Source of the DNA: Camelus ferus
Taxonomy: Eukaryota
Direction of reading: 5' to 3'
Length of the DNA: 64,000 bases
Assembly (NCBI RefSeq): GCF_009834535.1
Contig: NC_045697.1
Coordinates: 34,970,001-35,034,000 of the forward strand
Both the position numbers and the translations under genes were made by a program. The notes under the pieces were generated by a model. It saw only the letters and a program-made list of their open reading frames with translations. It had not been told where the DNA came from and ran no database searches. Below are positions 11,901-22,074 of this stretch, in pieces (position 1 is the first letter of the stretch; the number at the start of each line of letters is the position of its first letter).

Positions 11901-13279
11901 TTTATACAGTCAGTTGTTCTGTAGCTAAAATCCATCTATTATCTATAATAATTCCTAAGCATCATTAGAGACTTACAAGTGGGAGGTTTCTCATGAACAG
12001 ACGAAAAAGCAGGGAGTTGTGGAATTACAAAGAATTTCTCACATCTTATATTTACATTTTTTTCTTTTCTCTTACCAGATCTAAGAGTTGGTAATTGTTT
12101 CTGTATTGTGAACAATTCTCTGAGATATAATAAAGTATTTTGCAGGTTAAAAATATGACACTCAGTTTCATAAATTTAATAACTTTTTATCTCGTGTAAA
12201 ACCAGAACTCATTAGAGGCACATTCAATTTGACACAACATTGTAAAGTGATTATAACTCAATAAAAATGTTTAAAAAATAAAATACATACATACATAATA
12301 AAGAGGCACACTCACAAACTAAACAGCCAGGATTCCAAAATGGAGTTATGGGATTGAGGATGAACGCCTAGGACGGTCTGCCCCTGGAGAAGAGTAGCCT
12401 ACCTTTCATAACTGTTTTCTAAATTTTTGGAGGCTGTTCTGCAGGAGGAGTAGTCTGTCTGGTCTGTGCTGCTCCCAAGGGCCTGTCTAAGACAGTGGCT
12501 AGCAGCTGTAGAAGGCAAATTGTCACTAGACATAAGGATAGGCCTTCAAACAATTAGAGCTGTCCGGCATGGCCTGGATGCCTCCTGAAGAGGTGATCTC
12601 CCCGTCTTCAGACTCTGTCAAAGGCTTTTAATGGCGAAGATCTCCATTTTGTGTAGGAGGCCAGACTAGATGGCTCTTCTCATCCAAAAGCCCAGGATTC
12701 CCTTGCCTGAATTTCTCTTCAACCATCTGATTTTTGATGGCTTGTTTACCCATTTTCTTTTACTAGGTTTCCCTGTGGTCTCTGCTAATGACGCTGGTGG
12801 TCCTTTTCATACTGACTGGCACTATGTTAGGACCTGAACTGCTGGCAAGTATTTCTGCAGCTGTTTACGTAGTAGCGATTATAATGCCTTTGGCAGGCTA
12901 CGCCTCGGGCTACGGCTTAGCCACTCTCTTCCATCTTCCACCCAACTGCAAGAGGACTGTGTGCCTGGAAACAGGCAGCCAGAACGTGCAGCTCTGTACT
13001 GCCGTCCTAAAACTGGCCTTTCCACCACAATACATAGGAAGTATGTACATGTTTCCCTTGCTTTATGCCCTTTTCCAGTCTGCAGAAGCCGGGATTTTTG
13101 TTTTAATTTATAAAATATATGGAAGTGGAACATTGCACAAGCAAGATCTTCTAGATGAAGATGAAGATACAGATATTTCTTATAAGAAACTAAAAGAAGA
13201 GGAAATGGCAGACACTTCCTATGGCACAGTGAAAACAGATAATTTAATTATGATGGAAACCACTCAGACTTCACTCTAA
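8199..13279 (+). CDS. SLC10A4: SLC10A4 (sodium/bile acid cotransporter family member 4), join(8199..8795,9537..9747,12767..13279); about 439 aa after removing a 1-nt excess at ~8564-8567
   Basis: Translation MDGTDNATLLFA...FWDTPLNHGLNVFVGAALCITMLGLG/CTVDVNHFGAHVRRP...GCCPGGNLSNLMSLLVDGDMNLS...ETGSQNVQLC...METTQTSL matches recalled SLC10A4. GT-AG introns with consistent phases; upstream neighbour of ZAR1. Confidence 0.96.
9537..9747 (+). CDS. SLC10A4: SLC10A4 coding exon 2
   Basis: Acceptor ttttctgcag|catc; encodes (S)IIMTISSTLLALVLMPLCLWIYS...RVADYIVK; donor aag|gtaagg. Confidence 0.96.
11369..11500 (+). mobile_element. tRNA-Ala-derived SINE
   Basis: gggggaggatatggttcaagtg...tgcttagcatg...gttcaatcccc, (aaat)n tail; imperfect TSD aagaaa(a/g)gttt. 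Confidence 0.88.
12227..12301 (+). mobile_element. Extremely 5'-truncated L1 3' end
   Basis: ttgacacaacattgtaaagtgattataactcaataaaaa plus A-rich tail; TSD agaggcaca(t/c)tca on both sides. Confidence 0.7.
12767..13279 (+). CDS. SLC10A4: SLC10A4 coding exon 3 (to TAA)
   Basis: Acceptor ttttactag|gtt; encodes VSLWSLLMTLVVLF...METTQTSL*. Confidence 0.96.
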   Translation, partial: VSLWSLLMTLVVLFILTGTMLGPELLASISAAVYVVAIIMPLAGYASGYGLATLFHLPPNCKRTVCLETGSQNVQLCTAVLKLAFPPQYIGSMYMFPLLYALFQSAEAGIFVLIYKIYGSGTLHKQDLLDEDEDTDISYKKLKEEEMADTSYGTVKTDNLIMMETTQTSL

Positions 13280-13742
13280 ATACGGAGATACACGGGAGCC
13301 TCTGCCTTGTTGAAATATTACTTCATATTTATGGTCTGTGGTAGTGTCTATGGTTTACTTAAGGAACAACAATTGGTTCACATTATTATACAATGTAACA
13401 GTTTTGATCTGACTACCAGTAAAGTTGCATTGGTATATAAATCCATTTTCATAAGTTGCAAATCAATGTCATAATATAACTTGCACCTGGGACTGCTGGA
13501 GTGATGCCTGAACAAGTTAAATGTGCTTTTTGGTTTTCACCATGTATTAACTCTTAGAAGACAGGGTCTTGGAAATGTAGAATTTTGACGCACTATCTCG
13601 TATGAGTAAAAACACGCTATATTTGTAAAGCATAGTTTAGTTTAATGTAATTGTTGTAAAAAAAAAAAGTGCTCTCTCAGCTTATAAATACTTGACACTG
13701 TTAAAATTTGACCTGTATTCAGAAAAATCCTAAAACAGGTCA

Positions 13743-13748
13743 ATTAAA
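13743..13748 (+). terminator. Candidate SLC10A4 polyadenylation signal (ATTAAA); a further AATAAA at 14182-14187
   Basis: ATTAAA ~465 nt after the stop, followed by a T-rich segment (gtattttattgtc). Confidence 0.45.
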
Positions 13749-14567
13749 ACAATGCAATATAGTATTTTATTGTCAAACCTGTATCAAATCAAAAATTACA
13801 TTAATGTATTTGATTACTTGATCTGATACCTATTTGTAATGAACAGCCAACATTTTTTTCTAGTGGACAAAACATTTTCTTTTCAACTGGGGACTGATCT
13901 GGTCTTCTGCATTTATGTAAACACACTGTAAATCAGTTTATCTTTTGGAGGGATGATTTGTAGAACGACTATCCACCACAGAGAATTGCCATAGTCGTTA
14001 GTCCCTCGTGGAACTCAGCAGCACCTCCTGCTCACCATTTGAGGTGGGGGTTGGGGGAGGGAGGACGTTCTCCAAGGGAAAAAACAATTAGCCTAGATAC
14101 GGGCGCCCTGGAGGGCTTTCCCTCTGCACTTACTGAAAGGGTTGAATGCGTAGATTTCACAGAGCAGCTCTGAGATAATTAAATAAACTATAATCTGAGA
14201 TCCTAGGTATCAGACCCAAACCTTCGCGTTTTTGCTCACGCCACAGGCTGGTTGAGCCTCTCCTCAGCTTCCCGGGGGCGCAGATCCCGGGAATAATCGA
14301 GGGATGGGGGCCATCTGTCTCAGCTCATCCTGGGGGAATCCTCTTCACCTGGGGGAAGTTCACTTACTGATCAATTCTTGCACCACAAGAAAGCCTTCTT
14401 TGCAGATCATCTAAGGGTATTTGTGCCGATTTCCCCACTGAGAAGGTTGAGGAGGGGCTCCCTCGGTGGGGACGCGGGAACACGAGAGGTGGCGGGAAGG
14501 GTGCGGGGTCCGCGCAGCCAGGCTAGCGGGGGTGGAGCCCGCGCCCGGCTGCCCCCGGGAGGCCGCC

Positions 14568-14574
14568 TATTTAG
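14568..14574 (+). promoter_or_regulatory. TATA-like element (TATTTAG) upstream of ZAR1 ATG
   Basis: Isolated AT-rich heptamer in GC-rich context, ~45 nt 5' of the ATG. Confidence 0.45.
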
Positions 14575-14613
14575 GGCGCAGGGGCGGCGGGCGGGAGCGG
14601 CAGGGGTGCGCCG

Positions 14614-15478
14614 ATGGCTGCTCTGGGGGACGAGGTGCTGGACGGTTACGTGTACCCGGCGTGTGCCCTCTACTCGTACCCGTGCCCCTACCCGGCCGCC
14701 GCCAAGGGCAAGGGCGCGGTGGGCGGGGGAGGCTGGCGGCACCGGGACCGGGGCTACCCTCCTGTTTCCTCCTCCTCTGACGGTGCGTCTTCGTCGTCTT
14801 TCCCGGGCTACGGGCAGCTGGCGGCCGCCGAGTACTTCCACAGCTACCAGCCGGCGCAGCTCATGGCCCTCCTGTCGCAAGTGAGCCCGGGTCTCGCCCC
14901 GCGGCCTGGCCGGGCCGGCGTTCAGGACGCGGCGGTGCAGGTGACCCAGCGCCGCGACGTCTCGGTGCAGTGCTCGCTGGGGCGGCGCACGCTGCTGCGC
15001 AGGGCCCGCGAGCCCGGCCCCCCGCCTGGCCCCGGCCCCGAGGGCGCTGCGGGCGCAGGGCGGCAGCGGCCCACCCTCCCCGCAGCCGGCCCGCCGGGAC
15101 CCGGAGCAGGGCAGCCCGCTGAGTGGCGCCCCGCGGCCCGTGCGCTTCCCGCGCACCATCGCCGTGTACTCGCCCATGGCCTCCCGCCGCCTCGCCACCC
15201 TCCTGGAAGGGGCCGAGGCCGCGGCGGGTGAGCAGAGGCCTGGGGAGCCGGAGGGAGAGCGAGGGCCGCCACCTGCCAGGCCCCGAGGCTCGGAGGAGGG
15301 CGAGGGGTCAGCGAGGAAGACGCCCCAAGGGCCGCAGTCCGAGGAGGAGGACGAGGCCCAGGCCGCAGTGTCGGTGAGCCAGGAGCAGTCCCCGCCGGTG
15401 CCCAGGGCCCCGGACGCCGCAGACGAGAGATCGCCGTCGCAGAGCCCCCAGCCAGGCAAGGAGCGCCTGCGTTTCCAG
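14614..15478 (+). CDS. ZAR1: ZAR1 coding exon 1 (contains apparent +1 frameshift)
   Basis: ORF 14614 gives the N-terminus to ...GPEGAAGAG. The +1 frame continues GSGPPSPQPARRDPEQGSPLSGAPRPVRFPRTIAVYSP...KERLRFQ. Donor ttccag|gtgagt. Confidence 0.93.
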
Positions 15479-18400
15479 GTGAGTTCCGAGTTGGCCGGGG
15501 AACTGGCCTGGGGAGCCCTGGGGCTGTGCGTTCTCCAGGCTCCCGTCTCCGCTCTCGCCCTGCGGCTGCTCGCGACTGGCGGAGGCGCCGCGCCCCCTTA
15601 GGCAGGGACCCGTCTATGTGCGTTTCCGCACCTGCCGGTATCTTTCTCCGACGGAATTAAATCGAGCGTAGCTTGATTGTTGCTGCGATGGTAAGACACC
15701 GGCCCCACAGGGGTGGCCAAGGAGACGCCCTTTTGACGTTCTTATTCTGAGTGGAGTGTATTTACTCTATAAAGCCCTGGCCGCGGGCGAGTAGTCTTGT
15801 GTGGATCCGGCACATGGATGATCTAGGATGCGGCTCAGAAGATTAGAAGGTGAATTTACTGGCAAGGAGAGTCGAGTCCCGAGGATTACATTCACATTTT
15901 CAAATTCAGTGTGTTAAAAGCTGAAACAGCCTCGTGCTGGGGTCCTGGTCAGGATCCTTCCTTGCTCTTTAAGAAGCACCCCTGTTCAGAAATCTGAGTA
16001 TGGCTGAAACATTTGCGCTACCTTGCGCTGCTTCCCAAGAGCGGCAGGCTTGGAGAGCCCCTGGCACTTGCCTGAACCCTAAAGGGCTGGAGCACACTGA
16101 GGGGGTTGTAACCCAGGGAATTGGAAAGGCATGAGAGGTAGCAAGAGGTCTGGAGGAGTCCTTCTGGGTCTCTTCCAGGGACCCCAGGGCTGTTTAGTGG
16201 GGATGGGGGAAGCAAAGGAAGAGTGAGTCAAGAAGTTTATACACGAGCTGTGCCTGCTCCAAACCATGTGCGCTCGTAAGTCTTAACTTTGCTCACCTGT
16301 GAAATTGCACTGTCTTCTCCAAAGTTCCTAACAATTCTAAAGGCCTAACCCCTGCCCCCGCACCAAGACTTGATTATAACTTCTTACTGAGAGGGAAGAA
16401 AAACTTAAGGATAAGGCGATGCTACTTTTGTTCACATTAAGTATGAATTATGGCTTAGTTTCCTAACACCACTGTTTGCTGGAAACTTTATTAGCAGCGT
16501 AGAGAACTTTCTTCAAGGTGCTCACCCAAGATTATTTTAGGATGCTGAGTTTTATTCTCTTTCTTCTGTTTAACCTCCGCATTCGTGTATGTCCTACAGA
16601 GACAAACCCAGGGTTCGGGAGCCCTGGATGTTTGGCTTTCCTCCGCCTGTCTGAGCGAAAACACCCACCTAATAAACCATTGATGTGCTTTATGAACCAA
16701 GTTAATCTGGCTCATAGACTCTCGTGGGCCCATGCTCTTCTGCTTGATAAAGCCATTAGCTTCCCTAATTATTACACCGGGGAGGCTGACTTGAACTTGA
16801 TTCTGCTTTCCTCTGATCTGGAGTGGAGCTGCCAGTTTTAAGTATCAAAGAGGTCTCCCCAGGCTTCTGAAGTGAAGGATAATTCAGACGTCATGTTGGT
16901 GAAACTCTGCTATCCTTTTGCTCAGTTCTTAGAGCAGAAATATGGCTACTATCACTGCAAGGACTGCAACATCCGATGGGAAAGTGCCTACGTGTGGTGT
17001 GTGCAAGGCACTAACAAGGTAAGAAACACCACACAACTGGTGTCGTCGGGACGGAAAGGTTCCGGGGCTTTGGCTTGAAGTTCTTCGTCTCTTCCGTCAC
17101 AGGTTTACTACAAGCAGTTCTGCAGAACATGTCAGAAGTCTTATAACCCTTACCGAGTGGAGGATATCGTGTGTCAAGTAAATCAAGTGTTTTTGCATTT
17201 TGTGTCTGAACTGGATAGTGGTCAGAAGGTTGGGGGGGGTAGGGTAGTTTCTTAAAATGTATTTTCTAAAAGCGCCTAGGTTCCCCGTGACCTGAGGTTT
17301 TGACTGCTTTCTGGTAGAAGCTGTAGAAATAATGCTCAACTGGGAAACAGGGCTTCGGTGTTAGCTTCCTCCTGCCCTTGCAGACCTTGGACATGTTAAC
17401 ATCTCTAGGGGCTGTTACCTCACTTGCAATATGGAAAAACATTTGCTTTACCTGCAACTCAGTCTAGTGTAGGAGAAAGCAAACTGAAAACCAGAATACC
17501 TTTCTACTAACATTTGATGGTAAAGGTTGACATTTTACCCAAATGCATTTTGTGAAGCACATACTCGAGTTAGAGTATTTAGTAAAATCACAGGTTTTTT
17601 AAAGTTTCCATTTCTGCCTGAGAGTTCAGAAAGGGCTTTGTTTTAAAGTAAACTTAAGTTGCCCAACTTGATGGGGTTAACTGGCAACATGTTGCTTGTT
17701 TCTGTTAAGTAAGCACTGCACTTGTGATAAAGGGCTTAGAGAATCGAAGGGGGAAGAAGGGATTGAACTGGCTACACAGCTAGTGGAGCCTGACTTGCCA
17801 GATGAGACAGCCTAATCGATGCACTTAAGGTGGACGCTGGCCGCATGACCACTGCACGGAGTAGGGTGGAGAGAAACCAAGTATGGCAAACTTAGACTAA
17901 GCTAGACCTGGGGTAAGTTCTAAAGTGAGATGCCATGAGCACTCTGCTCTTGGCCCAGCAGGTGCTGCTCTGCCTTGTGCCTCAGCTTTGAGGTCCTTTG
18001 CAGCAGGTGGCGGCCCGAGATCAGCCACTGATGTCAGGCCTGCTAGTTCTAGCCTCGCACTTCAGTGTCAAACTCCTCTCTCTCCTGCTTGCTCGTTCTC
18101 CACCCTTCGAGTGTAGGAAAAGATTTCCTCTTAAACTGCTTCAAAAGAAACTTCACAGTTCAGAATTGAAGCCTAGGCAGCGTGGGAGCAGGACTGCGTG
18201 GTTAAATGCTCTGTTCCTTCTGACCCTGTCGTTGCTGGGGAGAGATGTGGACAGAACAGGATGAGCACAGGACCTTGCTTGGAGTGCATTCAGTTAGTAT
18301 TTGAATGCACTAGAAAATGAACGTGAAAGTGCCAGGACATTGCCAAGGGTTTATCTTCTTTATGTACTTCTCACTTTGTTTTTGTTTTTTGTTTTCTCCA

Positions 18401-18545
18401 GAATTGTAAACAGACTAGATGCTCCTGCCCGGTAAAACTGCGCCATGTGGACCCCAAAAGGCCCCATCGTCAAGACCTGTGTGGGAGATGCAAAGGCAAA
18501 CGCCTATCCTGCGACAGCACTTTCAGTTTCAAATACATAATTTAA
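14614..18545 (+). CDS. ZAR1: ZAR1 (zygote arrest 1), join(14614..15478,16926..17018,17103..17177,18402..18545); about 391 aa after removing a 1-nt excess at ~15057-15060
   Basis: MAALGDEVLDGY...DAAVQV...SVQCSLGRRTL...RFPRTIAVYSP...KERLRFQFLEQKYGYYHCKDCNIRWESAYVWCVQGTNKVYYKQFCRTCQKSYNPYRVEDIVCQNCKQTRCSCPVKLRHVDPKRPHRQDLCGRCKGKRLSCDSTFSFKYII*; C-terminal 3CxxC zinc-binding domain intact. Confidence 0.97.
16926..17018 (+). CDS. ZAR1: ZAR1 coding exon 2
   Basis: ttttgctcag|ttc tta gag...aac aag|gtaaga; FLEQKYGYYHCKDCNIRWESAYVWCVQGTNK. Confidence 0.97.
17103..17177 (+). CDS. ZAR1: ZAR1 coding exon 3
   Basis: cttccgtcacag|gtt tac...tgt caa|gtaaat; VYYKQFCRTCQKSYNPYRVEDIVCQ; preceded by an 84-nt intron. 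Confidence 0.96.
18402..18545 (+). CDS. ZAR1: ZAR1 coding exon 4 (to TAA)
   Basis: ttttctccag|aat tgt aaa...tac ata att taa; NCKQTRCSCPVKLRHVDPKRPHRQDLCGRCKGKRLSCDSTFSFKYII*. Confidence 0.97.
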   Translation, partial: NCKQTRCSCPVKLRHVDPKRPHRQDLCGRCKGKRLSCDSTFSFKYII

Positions 18546-18689
18546 ATGAATGTGAAAAAACCAAAACCCTGGTCCTGCTGAACGTGTGCTCGTGGAGCAG
18601 ACAAGTGAGCTTTTTTCCATGCCCCTTCTCCTTCCTGCCTCTCCCGCCTCAAATTACTTCATGAAAGGCTGTATTTGACAAAGCTGTCA

Positions 18690-18695
18690 AATAAA
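18690..18695 (+). terminator. ZAR1 polyadenylation signal AATAAA
   Basis: Canonical hexamer ~145 nt after the stop, followed by T/GT-rich sequence. Confidence 0.8.
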
Positions 18696-19929
18696 AGCAT
18701 TGCAAAGTAATTGATACATTGTGTAATATCCTTAAAATTTAGGAGAGCTTGTGTTAACAGTCTGGGCCTGTTGCTTTAATATTGTCCATTGCAGATGGAA
18801 GCGGCCAGGCTCTGAACTAGGTTGGTCACTTGAGAGTTTGAGGGGTTCACAGATGTGAGGTTTACTGCTTAGGGTCTGTAGTGCTGATACTTATAAGAAA
18901 TTGACTAAAAAGCCATTAATTCAAATAAGCATTCTTCTAGGGGAGGAGGCGGTGGAGCCAGGCCTTGCGGGGAGAGGGTAACCCAGAGTCAGAACCCAGA
19001 GTGTCTGGGAGCGTTGGTGCTTACAGGTGACCTCAGTTTAGTGGCAACAAACTACTCTGGGAGAAAAGCTGTGAGAGCTGGTGACTTGCTAATCACAATG
19101 TCACAGATGTGGAACAGGTGCCAATTGGAACAGGGTGGCTAAGGACAGCTTGAAGATGTTAACTAACAAATGGCCAGCTGAAGTCCATTTGAAGTTAACT
19201 TAAAAAGATTCTCCTAAATGTATTTTAAGTTAGAGACAGCTTTAGTCTTACTTGTTATGGACTTGCAGCTCTGTAGGTGGAAATGGTATCTGGTGCCATC
19301 TAACAGGGGGATTCTCATCCAACTGCACCTAATAGCTTCCTACTGGATTACCAGGAAAACACTGCGGCCCTGCACCAGAGCGCTCCTGGTGTGTGGGGCT
19401 GGGGGAGTGACACGAAGGATTCTAATGAAATCAAGAGTTGAGGGCTGTTGGTTTCCTGGTTACAGAAACCACATAATTGGAACCAGGTGCTAATTATTCC
19501 GCCTTCCAATTTTCTAACCATCCCACTTAAGTTAACCCTTATTCCCTTAGGCCATATGTAGTAAGTCTGATAACATCTTGGATGCTTGTATGTAGACAAA
19601 TACACAGAATAAAAGAAACTAAAATGAGTTAAAAGTCTTTAGAACCCTTATAGCAAGGGGAAGGGCCTGTGTAACCATATGGACCTAGAAAGATGTCTAT
19701 AAAAATGCAGATCTTAGGCCCCTATCCCTACTGAATCACTATCTGGATGAGGTGAAGCATTTAATAAGCATCCAGGAGTTGCTTATGGAATTGAGTGTGA
19801 AAACCACAATTGAGTCAGCCTTGCACTTACCACAGAGAAACGTGGATTTGGCCTCTGCCAGGATAAAATTCCATGTAGTGGGAATGTAATTCTTGCATAA
19901 AAGTTCTGCCATGTGGTATGGAAGAGCTA

Positions 19930-20650
19930 CTTAGTAACTGCTTGGTAGGGAAAAAAAAAAATCTGACTTGGGAGGTCAGGGAAGTCTTGCCTAAAAACTG
20001 ACATCTCAGCTGAGCTGAAGTTCAAATGAGTTGAATTAGATGAAGAGGGGAAGGAGAAAGAACTTCCCCAGACTAAGCCAACATTTGCAAAGGCCCAGTG
20101 GTAGAAAACCCTGGAAGACAGGGATGGGCATGATGGCAGGCACAGCTGGTAAACCCAGGTCGGGAGGACTTTAGGGCCTTGTTCCAGAGGACTGGTCTTC
20201 ATGTATCACCGGTGAGAATCCACTGAAAGGTTTTAAAGCTTTGGTGAGGCATGGGGACAAACAGATTCACCTTTATAATCTATTGCTTTATTAAAAAAAG
20301 TTTTTAATGGAGGTAGTGGGGATTGAACCCAGGACCTGGTGCGTGCTCAGCACATGCGCTACCACTGAGCTATAGCCTCACCCCCAGATTCACCTTTAAG
20401 TAATCACTGAGTACAGCAGATGCCTGTAAACCAGTCAGGAGTCTTGCAAAGATCAGATAAGGTGGTGGTGGGGCCAAATGGAAATGAAGGACAATAACTC
20501 CAGGTGTGGGTGAAGGTGATGGGTTTTGCTCTAACACTTAACTACTGACGTGGCTGAGGGAGTGTATGGGGTAGGAAACTGAGCTGACAACATGGCATGC
20601 AAGTGGTACATAATATATGCACCCTGAGCATTTGCTGAACAAATGAGGGA
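19930..20650. mobile_element. L2 remnant interrupted by a SINE
   Basis: gggaggtcagggaagtcttgcc...gcaaaggcccagtgg...ccactgaaaggttttaa, a purine-rich reverse L2 signature. Confidence 0.5.
20276..20384 (-). mobile_element. tRNA-Ala-derived SINE
   Basis: Reverse-strand copy; 14-bp TSD cagattcaccttta at 20262-20275 and 20385-20398. Confidence 0.9.
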
Positions 20651-21870
20651 CAATACAAACATACCTGCAATGAGTCCTAAGACAAATTCAGTGGTTATTA
20701 ACACAGCTGTTAGAATAGCTACTAATCTCTTAAAACTTAACATTGTTTGCCATTGATTTTCCTAATAGAGCAGGTAACTCTATTTTACAGTTGAGGAAAA
20801 CAAGGATCAAGGTGTGTTTTAGAGTTAATGACCATTCAGACATTGAACTAAAGTGGTACAAAAACTCAAGGATTATGGTGAAGACAGTCTTTGCAATAAG
20901 GCACTGTCAAACTGTTTATTGGAAATTTATAAAAAGTGATTTTGAGCAAGAGAGGCTAGAAGGAAATACCCTGGAGTACTGATCTCTCTGCCTGTCAAGA
21001 GACGTGATTCTAGTTTTCTTCGTGTTTCTTACACTTGCTTAACTGACAGTGGATCGATTACTTTGGAAATTTAAAAATAAGAATGCCATAAAGTACAATT
21101 ATAATGACATTGATTCTTATTTCCTTTCGTGCAGGTTATGCTGGTGTCTGAGCAGTTCTCATAGACCTAAAGGAGGGAGGCTCACTCCAGCTTTGGTGAG
21201 TCTGTTCCAAGCGAACGAACGTGTGACGGTTTCCTAAATTTAAGGTAGACTTGGGGAACGGGGCGGGGGGTACCACATCCTCCATCTTACATCACTAAAA
21301 GTAGAAAATGTGTTATAAATTGAGTAAAAATCCTTTGGCTTTCTACTTTAGAAGCAGCATGGAGAAACTGCCAGATCTCTTGCTGTTATTTCGCAAACTT
21401 ACTATTTAAAAATAATAAATTTAGTGGGGAAAAGAGAAAGGTTGTATGAGCAAAAACTGGGCTCTGCTTGAACTGAGGTGATAGATAACTTAAGAATTTG
21501 ATATATTTTGTTAATAAATGCAGAATCTGGGTCTAGCGGACGAGGAGCAAAATGGTGTACGTTTTAAGAAAATCCACTTGCAAAAGGACAATCCTAATGA
21601 CTACATCTGCATCTTGCTTTCTGCCACTGTATTCATTTCTATTACATTATTAATAGGCTTAGTTACATATAAATAGGAAAAGGAAATTTCAACTGTTTGG
21701 AAGGTTTGTTTTGGGTAATTAGTCAATTGAACTTAATCTGTTCTCTCTTCTTGAAGGAAAATTATTTTCTATGAATAATGAAAGCAATGTTTGAGGAGTT
21801 CCTTAATTATGCACACTATAGTCATTCATCCTTTCTTAAAATACAACACAAACCAACAGCTACAATGCTT

Positions 21871-21876
21871 TTTATT
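21871..21876 (-). terminator. FRYL distal polyadenylation signal AATAAA (proximal candidate at 22797-22802)
   Basis: tttatt on plus strand; minus-strand downstream element tgttggtttgtgttgtatt is GU-rich. Confidence 0.7.
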
Positions 21877-22040
21877 TTAACAAAAAGGATATGAGGAGGG
21901 TGAGAAAAATAGGGGATGGTCAGATAGGACGTAAAGTGTGGCGTGTCTCTGGACACCACCCCTCTCTTCCTGCCCCGCACCCAAAAGTTATTAAATAATT
22001 TAAAGGACACCATTTACAGTACCAGAACACCATCAAAATA

Positions 22041-22042
<2 letters not shown>

Positions 22043-22070
<28 letters not shown>
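22043..22070 (+). repeat. (TG)14 microsatellite in FRYL 3'UTR
   Basis: Read directly. Confidence 0.95.

Positions 22071-22074
<4 letters not shown>

Larger units (their letters stand above)
14450..15650. other. CpG island over ZAR1 promoter and exon 1
   Basis: Dense CpG, high GC; boundaries approximate. Confidence 0.85.

Noticed and set aside
8560..15062. Rescue of both frameshifts by cryptic YAG|GGC acceptors (exitrons) or programmed frameshifting
   Set aside because: No polypyrimidine tract, matching donor, slippery heptamer or evident stimulatory structure; a single-base error is far simpler.
14407..15459. 350-aa antisense ORF across ZAR1 exon 1, plus other overlapping ORFs at 14378-15377
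   Set aside because: Stop-poor shadow frames of a GC-rich exon; low-complexity Arg/Gly/Pro/Ala content, no recognisable domain, and it spans the suspected indel error.
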